A stretch of 53,652 nt of DNA, taken from the NCBI GenBank assembly GCA_036569845.1, contig DATCPY010000065.1, forward strand, positions 1 through 53,652. The letters run 5' to 3'. Origin of the DNA: Candidatus Limnocylindria bacterium. Lineage in GTDB: Bacteria; Chloroflexota; Limnocylindria; P2-11E. Positions within the stretch are counted from its first letter, which is position 1, and each line of letters starts with the position of its first letter. The translations under genes were made by a program, and so were the position numbers. Positions 7,785-15,870 of this stretch are shown here, one piece after another. The notes below the pieces were generated by a model that made no database searches, was not told the origin of the DNA, and worked only from the letters and a program-made list of their open reading frames with translations.

Positions 7785-8603
7785 CTAGACCGAAGCCGAG
7801 CGCTCGAGCTGCAGGCGGATCGTCACGAAGTTGTATGGCGGCCACGGACCCGTGTAGCGGAACGAGAGCGTGCCCTCGAACTTCTTGCCGATGTCGTGGA
7901 CCTTCGCGTCGAAATGCTCCGCCTGGTCGCGGGCCACGAGGAACGCCGCGTTCATGATCATCTTGTCGCCGATGACCTTGTTCGACCGCGACGCGATCGC
8001 GGCATCGCGGAGATGGTCGTAGATCTCCCGAACGAACGAGTCGGACTTGTCCGCCAGCGCCTGCTCGACGAGCCGGCCAAGCTGCATGCGGGCGAAGTAC
8101 GTCGAGGACTGGGTGTTCGTCTGGATCTCGGCCTTGAGCCGGCGGATCTCCTCGTTCTGCTCCTCGATCTCGCGCAGGACCTGCTCGCGATCCCAGTTCA
8201 CCTTGAGACCGAACTCCAGCTTGTCCTTCATCTTCAGCAGCACATCGCGAAGCGCGTCATACGTGTCCTTCAGGAACTCGACGGTGTCGTTGTCGGTCTT
8301 GAACAGCGTCCCGAAGCTCATCGGCACCGGCGTGAAGCCGTGCTCGTTCATGACGACTTCCTGCACGTGTTCGTGGGTCAGGGCGTTCTCGCGGGTCGGG
8401 TCGTAGACGATGAGCGGTGCGCGGCTGACCACGGCCGCGAGATCCCGGTGGTGCACGGTGAAGACCTCGTCACCGCGGCCACCGATGCCGATGGTCCCGA
8501 AGGTCCGCGACTCGCCTGCCTCGATGATGCAGTACACGTAGACGCCGTCCTGGGCGGCCTCGCCCTCGGCGACAGCTGCGGTACCGCCTCGCTCTTCGCT
8601 CAT
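7785..8603 (-). CDS. gvpF: Gas vesicle protein GvpF
   Basis: 272 aa. GVYVYCIIEAGE...FTVHHRDLAAVVS...THEHVQEVVMNEHGFTPVPMSFGTLFK...YTGPWPPYNF is strongly GvpF-like. It is Lys/Glu-rich and visibly less GC-biased than the two other L/F paralogs. Confidence 0.9.
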   Translation of the reverse strand: MSEERGGTAAVAEGEAAQDGVYVYCIIEAGESRTFGTIGIGGRGDEVFTVHHRDLAAVVSRAPLIVYDPTRENALTHEHVQEVVMNEHGFTPVPMSFGTLFKTDNDTVEFLKDTYDALRDVLLKMKDKLEFGLKVNWDREQVLREIEEQNEEIRRLKAEIQTNTQSSTYFARMQLGRLVEQALADKSDSFVREIYDHLRDAAIASRSNKVIGDKMIMNAAFLVARDQAEHFDAKVHDIGKKFEGTLSFRYTGPWPPYNFVTIRLQLERSASV

Positions 8604-8615
8604 CTGCGCGGAATA

Positions 8616-8840
8616 TTACGTCGCGAGGTTGAGGAATTCGCGCGTGAAGCCGTACAGCTTCTCGCGGTCCTCGGGGAGCACCGGGCGCAGGCCGTAGTGG
8701 TTGATGACCCGGATCTGAGCGGCGGTCCACTCCTTCCAGCACTCGGCGCAGACGCGCTGCTCGATCTCAAGGCCGAGCGCGCCGGGCAATCCGGTCTTCC
8801 CCGCACCTTGGCGAGTGTTGCCGCAGCGCGCACACGTCAC
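8616..8840 (-). CDS. yggX: YggX-like Fe(2+)-trafficking / oxidative-damage protection protein
   Basis: 74 aa from GTG 8840: VTCARCGNTRQGAGKTGLPGALGLEIEQRVCAECWKEWTAAQIRVINHYGLRPVLPEDREKLYGFTREFL. The pattern C..(x)..PG.LG..I......W..W......IN...L.....R..L......FL matches my recollection of the YggX family. Confidence 0.65.
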   Translation of the reverse strand: MTCARCGNTRQGAGKTGLPGALGLEIEQRVCAECWKEWTAAQIRVINHYGLRPVLPEDREKLYGFTREFLNLAT

Positions 8841-8848
8841 GTCGGTCG

Positions 8849-9181
8849 TCAGCGGACGAGGCCGATCCGGTGTAGCGGCGCGTAACGGACGAACGGCCGG
8901 CCTACCACCGCCGAGCCTGGGATCGCCCCGAACTGCCGCGAGTCCGTCGACTCCGCGGGATCCGGATGGTCGCCTCGAACGATCACCTGATCGCCCGCGA
9001 CCGCGCTCACGCGCTTCACGAGGAGCCGCTCGGGCTCGCGCGGGTCGGTCGCGACCACGAGCTCGCCAGGGCGTGGCGGGCGGCGAAGCTGCCGCACGAG
9101 CAGCCAATCACCGTCCTGGAAGGTGGGCTCCATGCTGCGGCCGGCGACGGCGACCCGGAACAGCGCCGTCGCCGGTCTCAC
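8849..9181 (-). CDS. sodX: Nickel-SOD maturation protease SodX (S26/S24 signal-peptidase-like)
   Basis: 110 aa from GTG 9181 (GTGA overlap with the sodN stop). It has the GRSMEPTF catalytic Ser motif and LVKRV...GD (Lys motif). It sits immediately downstream of sodN. Confidence 0.8.
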   Translation of the reverse strand: MRPATALFRVAVAGRSMEPTFQDGDWLLVRQLRRPPRPGELVVATDPREPERLLVKRVSAVAGDQVIVRGDHPDPAESTDSRQFGAIPGSAVVGRPFVRYAPLHRIGLVR

Positions 9182-9588
9182 TTCTTGGTCGCCCAGAAGA
9201 TGTCGGCGATCTCCTTGACCGCCGCCTGGAGATCGGCCGCGGCCTTCGCGTCGACGCTCTGCTTGTTCTTCGAGCAGAGCTTCGCCGCCTTCCAGAAGGT
9301 GTCGTGGAGCTTCGGGTACTTCTCGAGGTGCTCGGGCTTGAAGTAGTCGGTCCAGAGGATGAGCAGCTCCTTTTTGCAGATCTGGGCGTGCTCCTCCTTC
9401 ACCGCGACCGAGCGGATGAACGTGTTGCGGCTGGCCTCGTCCGTGCCGGTCGACGCGGTGATCTTCTCGATCATCTTCGCGACGGTGTCGGACGCGATCT
9501 TCGCCGCGGTCGGGTCGTAGATGCCGCACGGGATGTCGCAGTGGGCGTGCGCCACGAGCCGTGGCGCGATCAGCGAGCGCAGGTCCAT
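9178..9588 (-). CDS. sodN: Nickel-containing superoxide dismutase precursor
   Basis: MDLRSLIAPRLVAHA followed by HCDIPCGIYDP is a 15-aa leader plus the Ni-hook motif (canonical form HCDLPCGVYDP). GGAGG lies 7 nt upstream of the ATG. Confidence 0.92.
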   Translation of the reverse strand: MDLRSLIAPRLVAHAHCDIPCGIYDPTAAKIASDTVAKMIEKITASTGTDEASRNTFIRSVAVKEEHAQICKKELLILWTDYFKPEHLEKYPKLHDTFWKAAKLCSKNKQSVDAKAAADLQAAVKEIADIFWATKK

Positions 9589-9631
9589 GAGTCGTCCTCC
9601 CCGGTGGATGTGCTTCGGATTATGGGCGCGG

Positions 9632-11140
9632 TCAGGGGTTCGCGTCGACGAGGGCCACGTCGATGGTCATCGCTCGGTCGACCGTCACCGGCCGACCCTC
9701 GACGCTCACCAGCTCGCTCGGGAACGGCGCGAAGAAATCGAAGATGTAGCTCCCGCGTGGCAGCGCGACCGAATACGTGCCCGTCGAATCGGTATACGTG
9801 CCGGTCAAGAAGCCCTGCCCGTCCGACACGTTCACCGACGCGCCCTCGAGCGGGATGCCGGTCTGCGAACGGAGCACCCCGCTCACGACGAAGCCCCGCT
9901 GCAGCTTGACGTCCACGGTGACGTTCTGCGACCGCACGGTCACGGTGTTCGCGTCGAGCCACGTGCGGCCGCCGCCGACGTACTGGGGCAGGAGATCGCT
10001 GCCGTCCGGCGGGATGATCTGCACCATGTAGCTCTCCGGCCGGGTCGTGATGCGGTAGGCGCCGCTCGCATCGGTCGGCCGGCAGATCCGCCCAGTCGGG
10101 AACGGCGTGTCGGCGCACACGAACGCGTGGATGACCGGCCCGCCCGCTGGGTCGGTGACGTGGCCGACGATCGACGGCCCCCCGCCGAGGACCTGATCGA
10201 TGACCCGATCGCGGCTGAGGTCCACCGGCGTCGCCCCTACGCCGACGGAGGCGTCGTCGAACCATTGCATGAGCAGCGGCTCATCATCGGGCGGGATCAT
10301 CCAGACCCAGTACGTGTCGGGCTCGCGCAGCGCCACGTAGTGGCCGTGATCGTCGGTGCGTTCGCAATCCCAGGGCAGCGACTGGCTGAACGGGTGGGTG
10401 CAGACCTGGGCCTTTTTCACCGGACGGCCGTCCGTCGCAGTCACCGTGCCCTGCAGCGTCACGCCCTGTCGCAGCACCACGTCCACACCCGACGCGTCCG
10501 CTGACCGGACGTCGATGACGTCGGCCTCGCCGCTGTCGACGCGGCCATAGGCCCATTGCGAGAGGAGCCGCAGCCCGGGTCCGCCGTCGAAGCTCATCTT
10601 GTAGAGGCCGGGCGTGACGTCGACGAAGTACGTTCCGTCTGCCTTGCTCTTGTCGCAGACCGACGCAGCGAGGGAGAGCGGATTCGCGCACACCGGTGCC
10701 AGCCCGACCGGCTTCGTGTTCGGATCGGTGATCGTGCCGCTGATCCGGCGGACCTTCTCGAACTGGAGGCGGATCGACGCGTCTCCGCGGGTGAGATCGG
10801 CGCCCGCGGGCGCGCCGCCCTGTGGGCCGGCCGGCACGCCGTCGACGTCGACGCGCCGTTGGCTCGCGGGCGCTTCCGACCGGACCTGGTAGGTGCCCGT
10901 CGGAAGAGTGAAGCTCGCGATGCCGTCCGCACCGGTCGGCGCGCACGTCTGGGTGCCCGACAGCGTGGCCGCGCACACCCGCAGGCCGGCGACCGGCCCG
11001 TCCGCGCCCGCGGCGACGACCTGGAGCTTGTGGGTCGCCGGCCCCGACGATGGCACGACCGCCGGTGCGGGCGCTGAGCAGGCTGCCGCGATGACCCCAA
11101 CGACGAGCCATTTCACAGCGGCTTTACGGATGACTGTCAC
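9632..11140 (-). CDS. Lipoprotein with about five tandem carboxypeptidase-regulatory-like (beta-sandwich) repeats
   Basis: The signal/lipobox is MTVIRKAAVKWLVVGVIAAAC. Repeated modules of the type G.V.D..G.PV....VC.......C..TD..G.Y......P..Y recur about every 90-100 aa. Four of them carry a conserved Cys pair. GTG start with an upstream AGGGAA. Confidence 0.7.
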   Translation of the reverse strand: MTVIRKAAVKWLVVGVIAAACSAPAPAVVPSSGPATHKLQVVAAGADGPVAGLRVCAATLSGTQTCAPTGADGIASFTLPTGTYQVRSEAPASQRRVDVDGVPAGPQGGAPAGADLTRGDASIRLQFEKVRRISGTITDPNTKPVGLAPVCANPLSLAASVCDKSKADGTYFVDVTPGLYKMSFDGGPGLRLLSQWAYGRVDSGEADVIDVRSADASGVDVVLRQGVTLQGTVTATDGRPVKKAQVCTHPFSQSLPWDCERTDDHGHYVALREPDTYWVWMIPPDDEPLLMQWFDDASVGVGATPVDLSRDRVIDQVLGGGPSIVGHVTDPAGGPVIHAFVCADTPFPTGRICRPTDASGAYRITTRPESYMVQIIPPDGSDLLPQYVGGGRTWLDANTVTVRSQNVTVDVKLQRGFVVSGVLRSQTGIPLEGASVNVSDGQGFLTGTYTDSTGTYSVALPRGSYIFDFFAPFPSELVSVEGRPVTVDRAMTIDVALVDANP

Positions 11141-11196
11141 TTCCCTGCCTCGAATCGTGAATGAAGGAGAGAACGAACGGAAGCGAGGCGAGCCAA

Positions 11197-11364
11197 ATGG
11201 AGTCAGAACTGATCGCGATCGGCGTGGTCCTCCTGGTCGTCGCAGCGGTGCTGCTCGTCGCGGTCGGTGCCGGGCCCACCCCGCTCGATGCCCACATCGC
11301 GGCCGTCCGCGTCGAGGCGCAGGCCCACGTCCTCGTCAGTGCGGTCGCCGCGCATCTCCCGTAG
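11197..11364 (+). CDS. Possible small single-pass membrane protein (55 aa)
   Basis: MESELIAIGVVLLVVAAVLLVAVGAGPTPLD... is preceded by GAGG. Third-position GC is high in this frame. It overlaps the gpsA 3-prime end convergently by 29 nt and could be spurious. Confidence 0.3.
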   Translation: MESELIAIGVVLLVVAAVLLVAVGAGPTPLDAHIAAVRVEAQAHVLVSAVAAHLP

Positions 11365-12400
11365 CCACCCGCAGCAGCCGTGAGACCTCGGCGAGCGGGC
11401 CCGAGAGCTCTTCGCCCCGCTCACGTTCCATGAGACCCCGCATCGCGTCCCGGATGGGCTTTCCCTCGAACAGGACCCGATAGGTCTCGGCGGCGATCGG
11501 CATGTCGACGCCCTTCGCCAAGGCGAGCGCGTGGACCGCCTCGGTCGTCCCGATCCCTTCGGCGACCTGGCCACCCAGTCGCCGCTTGATGTCGGCGATC
11601 GTCGCGCCCTTGGCGAGCTGCTCTCCGACCGTGCGATTCCGCGAGTGGACGCTCGTGCACGTGGCGATGAGGTCGCCGAACCCCGCGAGGCCGGCGCAGG
11701 TGAGCGGATCCGCGCCGCTCGCGAACGCGTATCTCGCGATCTCAGCGAGACCTCTGGTCATGAACCCGGCCTTCGCGTTGACCCCGTACCCCATGCCGTC
11801 GATGGCGCCGGCGCCCAGGGCGACGATGTTCTTGAGCGCGCCGCAGAGCTCGACCCCGATGACGTCGTCATTCGTGTACGCGCGGAACATCGGCGTCCCG
11901 AGGAGCTCTTGGAACGCCTTCGCGGTGTCTCGGTCCGAGGACGCGATGACCGTCGGCGCAGGAAGGCCGGCCGCGATCTCGCGAGAGATGTTCGGGCCGG
12001 AGAGCACCGCGACCCGCGACGCCGGCATCGCATCCGTCCAGAGCTCGCTCATGCGCCGCGAGTCATCGGGGGTGAGCCCTTTCGTCGCCGAGCACAGCCG
12101 GTGCGCGGGCCGCAGCAGCGGCGCGACGCGGTCGCGCAGCAGGCGAACGCCCTGCGCCGGGGTCGCGACCACGAGCGAATCCGCCTCGAGCGCACGCTCG
12201 AGGTCGTCCGTGACGATCACCGTGTTCGGGATCGTGACCCCGGGGAGGTAGGGGGCGTTCTCGCGCCGCGCGGCGATCTCGTTCGCCCGCGCCGCATCAC
12301 GGGTCCAGAGGACCACGGAACGTCCGCCATCGCGGGCGAGGATCGTCGCGAGCGTCGTACCCCAGGACCCGGCCTGGAGGATCGCTACGTCGACGGGGAT
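11336..12400 (-). CDS. gpsA: NAD(P)H-dependent glycerol-3-phosphate dehydrogenase. The start codon is uncertain (no ATG/GTG/TTG is available).
   Basis: VAILQAGSWGTTLATILARDG is the Rossmann motif. GALKNIVALGAG and the rest are colinear with GpsA. The 5-prime end is set at the ATC codon (12400) just upstream of the Rossmann motif. The upstream part of track ORF 11336..13090 overlaps plsY. Confidence 0.85.
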   Translation of the reverse strand: MPVDVAILQAGSWGTTLATILARDGGRSVVLWTRDAARANEIAARRENAPYLPGVTIPNTVIVTDDLERALEADSLVVATPAQGVRLLRDRVAPLLRPAHRLCSATKGLTPDDSRRMSELWTDAMPASRVAVLSGPNISREIAAGLPAPTVIASSDRDTAKAFQELLGTPMFRAYTNDDVIGVELCGALKNIVALGAGAIDGMGYGVNAKAGFMTRGLAEIARYAFASGADPLTCAGLAGFGDLIATCTSVHSRNRTVGEQLAKGATIADIKRRLGGQVAEGIGTTEAVHALALAKGVDMPIAAETYRVLFEGKPIRDAMRGLMERERGEELSGPLAEVSRLLRVATGDARRPH

Positions 12401-13029
12401 CTGCGTTGCCCGAGCCGCGGCTCGTTGCCGCGGACGATCCGCTCGATGTTCGCCCGGTGCCGGATGATGACGATCAAGCCGGCGATCACGATGAAACCCA
12501 GCACCGCCCAGTGGAACGAGAGATAGCCGGCGGACACGAAGATGATGTAGCCGACCAGCGCGCCGGCCACCGATGCCAGCGAGCTCACGCTCACCATCCG
12601 CGTGATCGCGAGGGCGAGCATGAACGCGACGACCGCGCCGAGCCACGCCGGCGTCGCGATGAACAGGAGCGCGCCAAAACCCGTCGCGACGCCGCGGCCG
12701 CCGCGGCCCTCGAGGAACGCCGGCCAGCAGTGACCGGCGACCGCGGCCACTGCCGCGACGGCCGCCGCCACGCTCCGCTCGTCGGCAGATCCGTCCACGA
12801 TCGCCGACGCGATCCACACGGACAGCGCGCCCTTCAGGATGTCGAGGATCGCCACGAGCAACGCGGCACCGAGACCGAGGTTGCGGTACGTGTTCGTCGC
12901 CCCCGTCGAGCCCGAGCCGACCGTGCGGAGGTCGACGTTGCGGTACATCCGGCCGACGATGTAACCGCTGGAGACCGACCCGATCCCGTAGCCGATGATG
13001 CCGCAGGCGACGATGCGAGCCAGGTCCAT
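12385..13029 (-). CDS. plsY: Glycerol-3-phosphate acyltransferase PlsY
   Basis: GSVSSGYIVGRMYRNVDLRTVGSGSTGATNTYR is the PlsY signature. It is polytopic. ATGA overlap with the der stop. Confidence 0.92.
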   Translation of the reverse strand: MDLARIVACGIIGYGIGSVSSGYIVGRMYRNVDLRTVGSGSTGATNTYRNLGLGAALLVAILDILKGALSVWIASAIVDGSADERSVAAAVAAVAAVAGHCWPAFLEGRGGRGVATGFGALLFIATPAWLGAVVAFMLALAITRMVSVSSLASVAGALVGYIIFVSAGYLSFHWAVLGFIVIAGLIVIIRHRANIERIVRGNEPRLGQRRSPST

Positions 13030-14342
13030 CAGTCGCGAGCTCCGCGGAACTGCAGGCGGATCGGGGTGCCCGGGAACGGGAAGCGCTCACGCAGCTTGTT
13101 CTCGAGGTACCGCTGATACGAGAAGTGGACGAGGTCCGGGCGGTCGACGAAGAACACGAATGTCGGAAGCGCGGCGTCCGCCTGGGTCACGTGGTGGAAG
13201 CGGACCTCCTTGCCGCGGACGGTCGGCGGAGGGTGCGAGCCGATGGCCTCGACGAGGAGCCGGTGGAGCTCGGCGGTCGAGACATGGGTGTGCCGCGTTC
13301 CGACGATCTTGACCGCGTCCGCGAGGGCGGCGTCGACGTTCCGTCCGTTCTTCGCGGAGGTGTAGTGGCTCGTCAGCCAGGGCGCGAAGTGGAACTCACG
13401 CGCCACGTCGGCCCTGAAACGTTCGGTCGTCTCCATGCCGCGGTCGACAGCATCCCACTTGTTGATGGCGAGCACCAGCCCCACCCCCGCCTCGAGCGCG
13501 TAGCCGGCGTTGTGGACGTCCTGATCGACGATGCCTTCGACCGCGTCGATGAGCAGGATCGCGACGTCGGCGCGTTCGATCGCCCGCACCGTCCGCAGGA
13601 GCGCGTACTGCTCGATGCCGTGCTCGATGCTTCCGCGGCGGCGGATGCCCGCCGTGTCGACCAAGAGGATCCGTTTCCCATCGCGCTCGAGCGCAGTGTC
13701 GACGGTGTCGCGCGTCGTGCCCGGCACCTCGCTCACGACCGCGCGCTGCTCGCCCACGAGCGCGTTCAGGAAGCTCGACTTGCCAACGTTCGGCCGGCCG
13801 ATGATCGCGACGCGGGCGTCGTACTCGGTTTCTGAGGTCTCGTCCTCCGGGAGCGCGGCGACGACGGCGTCGAGCAGATCGCCGGTCCCGGTGCCCTGGA
13901 TCGCGGAGACGGTGTGCACCTCGCCGAGCCCGAGCGAGTAGAACTCCGCGGCCTGGGCCTCGCCGCGCCAGGAATCGCTCTTGTTCGCCACGACGAGCAC
14001 CGGCTTGCGGCTGCGTCGCAGCCGGTCGGCGACGTCATGCTCCACCGGCAGGATGCCGATCTTCGCATCGACGATGAACAGGACGACGTCGGCCTCATCG
14101 ATCGCGGTCTCCGCCTGCGCGCGGACGGCAGCTTCCATCGGACCGGCCTTCGGATCGTCGAGCCCGCCGGTGTCGACGAGGGCGAACTCGCGGCCGCGCC
14201 AGTCCGCCGTCGCATACAAGCGGTCACGGGTGGTACCGGGGAGGTCCTCGACGATCGCGACGCGCTCGCCGACGAGGCGGTTGAAGAGCGTGGACTTGCC
14301 GACGTTCGGTCGGCCGACGATCGCGACGACCGCGCGTGCCAT
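13029..14342 (-). CDS. der: Ribosome-associated GTPase Der (EngA)
   Basis: Two G domains are present (GRPNVGKSTLFN ... DTGG, and GRPNVGKSSFLN ... DTAG) plus a KH-like C-terminus. The internal ATG at 14342 was chosen; it sits right before the first P-loop and overlaps the ispH stop by 1 nt. Confidence 0.93.
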   Translation of the reverse strand: MARAVVAIVGRPNVGKSTLFNRLVGERVAIVEDLPGTTRDRLYATADWRGREFALVDTGGLDDPKAGPMEAAVRAQAETAIDEADVVLFIVDAKIGILPVEHDVADRLRRSRKPVLVVANKSDSWRGEAQAAEFYSLGLGEVHTVSAIQGTGTGDLLDAVVAALPEDETSETEYDARVAIIGRPNVGKSSFLNALVGEQRAVVSEVPGTTRDTVDTALERDGKRILLVDTAGIRRRGSIEHGIEQYALLRTVRAIERADVAILLIDAVEGIVDQDVHNAGYALEAGVGLVLAINKWDAVDRGMETTERFRADVAREFHFAPWLTSHYTSAKNGRNVDAALADAVKIVGTRHTHVSTAELHRLLVEAIGSHPPPTVRGKEVRFHHVTQADAALPTFVFFVDRPDLVHFSYQRYLENKLRERFPFPGTPIRLQFRGARD

Positions 14343-15178
14343 TAGCCCGCGAGCGCTTCGGCGCGCTCCTTCACTTCCAGGAGTGTCTCCATGGGCGTCG
14401 AGCAGCCACCGATGAGCCCGACGCGTTCGATGCCCTCGAGCCACGCAGGCTCGAGCTCGGCCGAGTCCTCGATGTGATACGCGATCTTCCCCTGCATGCG
14501 CGCGAGGTTCACCAGCTCGCGGGTGTTGGCTGAGTTCTTCCCGCCGACGACGACGATCATGTCGCTCTCACCTGCAAGCTCGGTGGCGGCGTTCTGCCGC
14601 TTGATCGTGACGGGGCAGACGGTGTTGAAGACCTTGAGCTCCTGGCTGATCTCGGCCACGTGACCCACGAGCTCCTTGAACGCCCAGGGCGGCTGCGTCG
14701 ACTGCGAGACGACGCCGGCCTTTTTCATCCTCGGCAGGCGCTCCCACTCGTCCTTCGTCTCGACGATCGTGTAGTCGGTGCCCGCGAAGCCCACGAGGCC
14801 GACGACCTCGGGGTGCTCGGGCGTGCCGAGGATGATCACGCGGTAGCCCTCGTCAGCGAGCTGCTTCGTGAAGCGCTGCGCCCGCAGGACGAGCGAGCAG
14901 GTGGCGTCGATGCACTCGAGGCCGTGCTCCTCGATGCTCTTGCGCATCGCCGGCGGGACGCCGTGCGCGCGGATCACGACGATCCCCGAGTCCGCTTCGG
15001 CCGGATCCTTGATCACCTTCACCCCGCGCGCGGCGAGGCGCTCGCTGATCCGAGGGTTGTGCACGACCTGACCGAGATTGAAGACCGACTTCCCCGATTC
15101 GGCGGCGGCTTCGGTCAGCTCGACGGCCTTCTTGACCCCGAAACAGAACCCGTTCTCACGCGCGAGGAGGACTTCCAC
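14342..15178 (-). CDS. ispH: 4-hydroxy-3-methylbut-2-enyl diphosphate reductase IspH
   Basis: GFCFGVKKAV...VVHNPRI...NTVCPVT...SANT are the IspH/LytB Cys and conserved motifs. GTG start. Confidence 0.92.
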   Translation of the reverse strand: MEVLLARENGFCFGVKKAVELTEAAAESGKSVFNLGQVVHNPRISERLAARGVKVIKDPAEADSGIVVIRAHGVPPAMRKSIEEHGLECIDATCSLVLRAQRFTKQLADEGYRVIILGTPEHPEVVGLVGFAGTDYTIVETKDEWERLPRMKKAGVVSQSTQPPWAFKELVGHVAEISQELKVFNTVCPVTIKRQNAATELAGESDMIVVVGGKNSANTRELVNLARMQGKIAYHIEDSAELEPAWLEGIERVGLIGGCSTPMETLLEVKERAEALAG

Positions 15179-15196
15179 AGAGTCGAGTGTAGGCCG

Positions 15197-15844
15197 CTAC
15201 ATGGGTGTTTCGATCCCGTCGGCGTAATACCCGCGCATGTCCGCTGGGAGGAGCATCGCGACGCGGCGCATGATCGCGTCGGCGGTCTCTTGGTCGCTCG
15301 CGTTCTCGGGGAGTCCCAGGGCGTTCAACTGGAACGGCTCGCCGACGTTCACCAGGATCCGCGATCGGAACATCTTCGCTTCCGGCGTGCCGGCCAGACC
15401 GACCGGAAGGATCGGCACGCCGGACTTGCGCGCGAGGAACCCGATCCCGGGCAGCGCGCGATGCAGCATCCGGTCGCGGCTGCGCGTTCCCTCCGGAAAG
15501 AACGCGAGCGGATTGCCGGCACGCAGGACCTGGAGGCACATGACGACCGCGCGACGATCGCCTTCGCCGCGACGGACGGGGAAGCACCCGATGCCCCGCA
15601 TGAGACCACCGACGAAGAACATCTGGAACGCCTCGATCTTCGCCATGAACCGCAGGGCCACGCGGAACGTCAGCTCGATGGCCGGCGGGTCCTTCCAGTC
15701 GATGTGATTCGCGACGACGATGTAGGGCCTGTGCTTCGGGATCCGGTCGCGGCCCTCGAGCCGCATGGCGTAGAGCGTGAGCCCGACGGCACGGACCGGA
15801 GGGAACAGCGTCTGCCACACCCACAGCCGTCGCTGCGGCCACAA
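15197..15844 (-). CDS. plsC: 1-acyl-sn-glycerol-3-phosphate acyltransferase
   Basis: Contains the NHIDWKD (HX4D) and FPEGTRS motifs. TTG start as given in the track. Confidence 0.85.
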   Translation of the reverse strand: MWPQRRLWVWQTLFPPVRAVGLTLYAMRLEGRDRIPKHRPYIVVANHIDWKDPPAIELTFRVALRFMAKIEAFQMFFVGGLMRGIGCFPVRRGEGDRRAVVMCLQVLRAGNPLAFFPEGTRSRDRMLHRALPGIGFLARKSGVPILPVGLAGTPEAKMFRSRILVNVGEPFQLNALGLPENASDQETADAIMRRVAMLLPADMRGYYADGIETPM

Positions 15845-15870
15845 CGGGTCGCCGAGCAGCCGGATGAGCG

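Noticed and set aside
7332-8885. 517-aa plus-strand ORF antisense to gvpG/gvpF/yggX. Similar very long antisense ORFs occur at 32467..34857, 40457..42481, 47156..49270, 21492..23141, 50322..51665 and 14660..15997.
   Set aside because: They are Arg/Gly/Asp/His-rich low-complexity translations opposite genes with strong family signatures. They are typical stop-codon-poor antisense frames of 70% GC DNA, and no motifs are recognisable.
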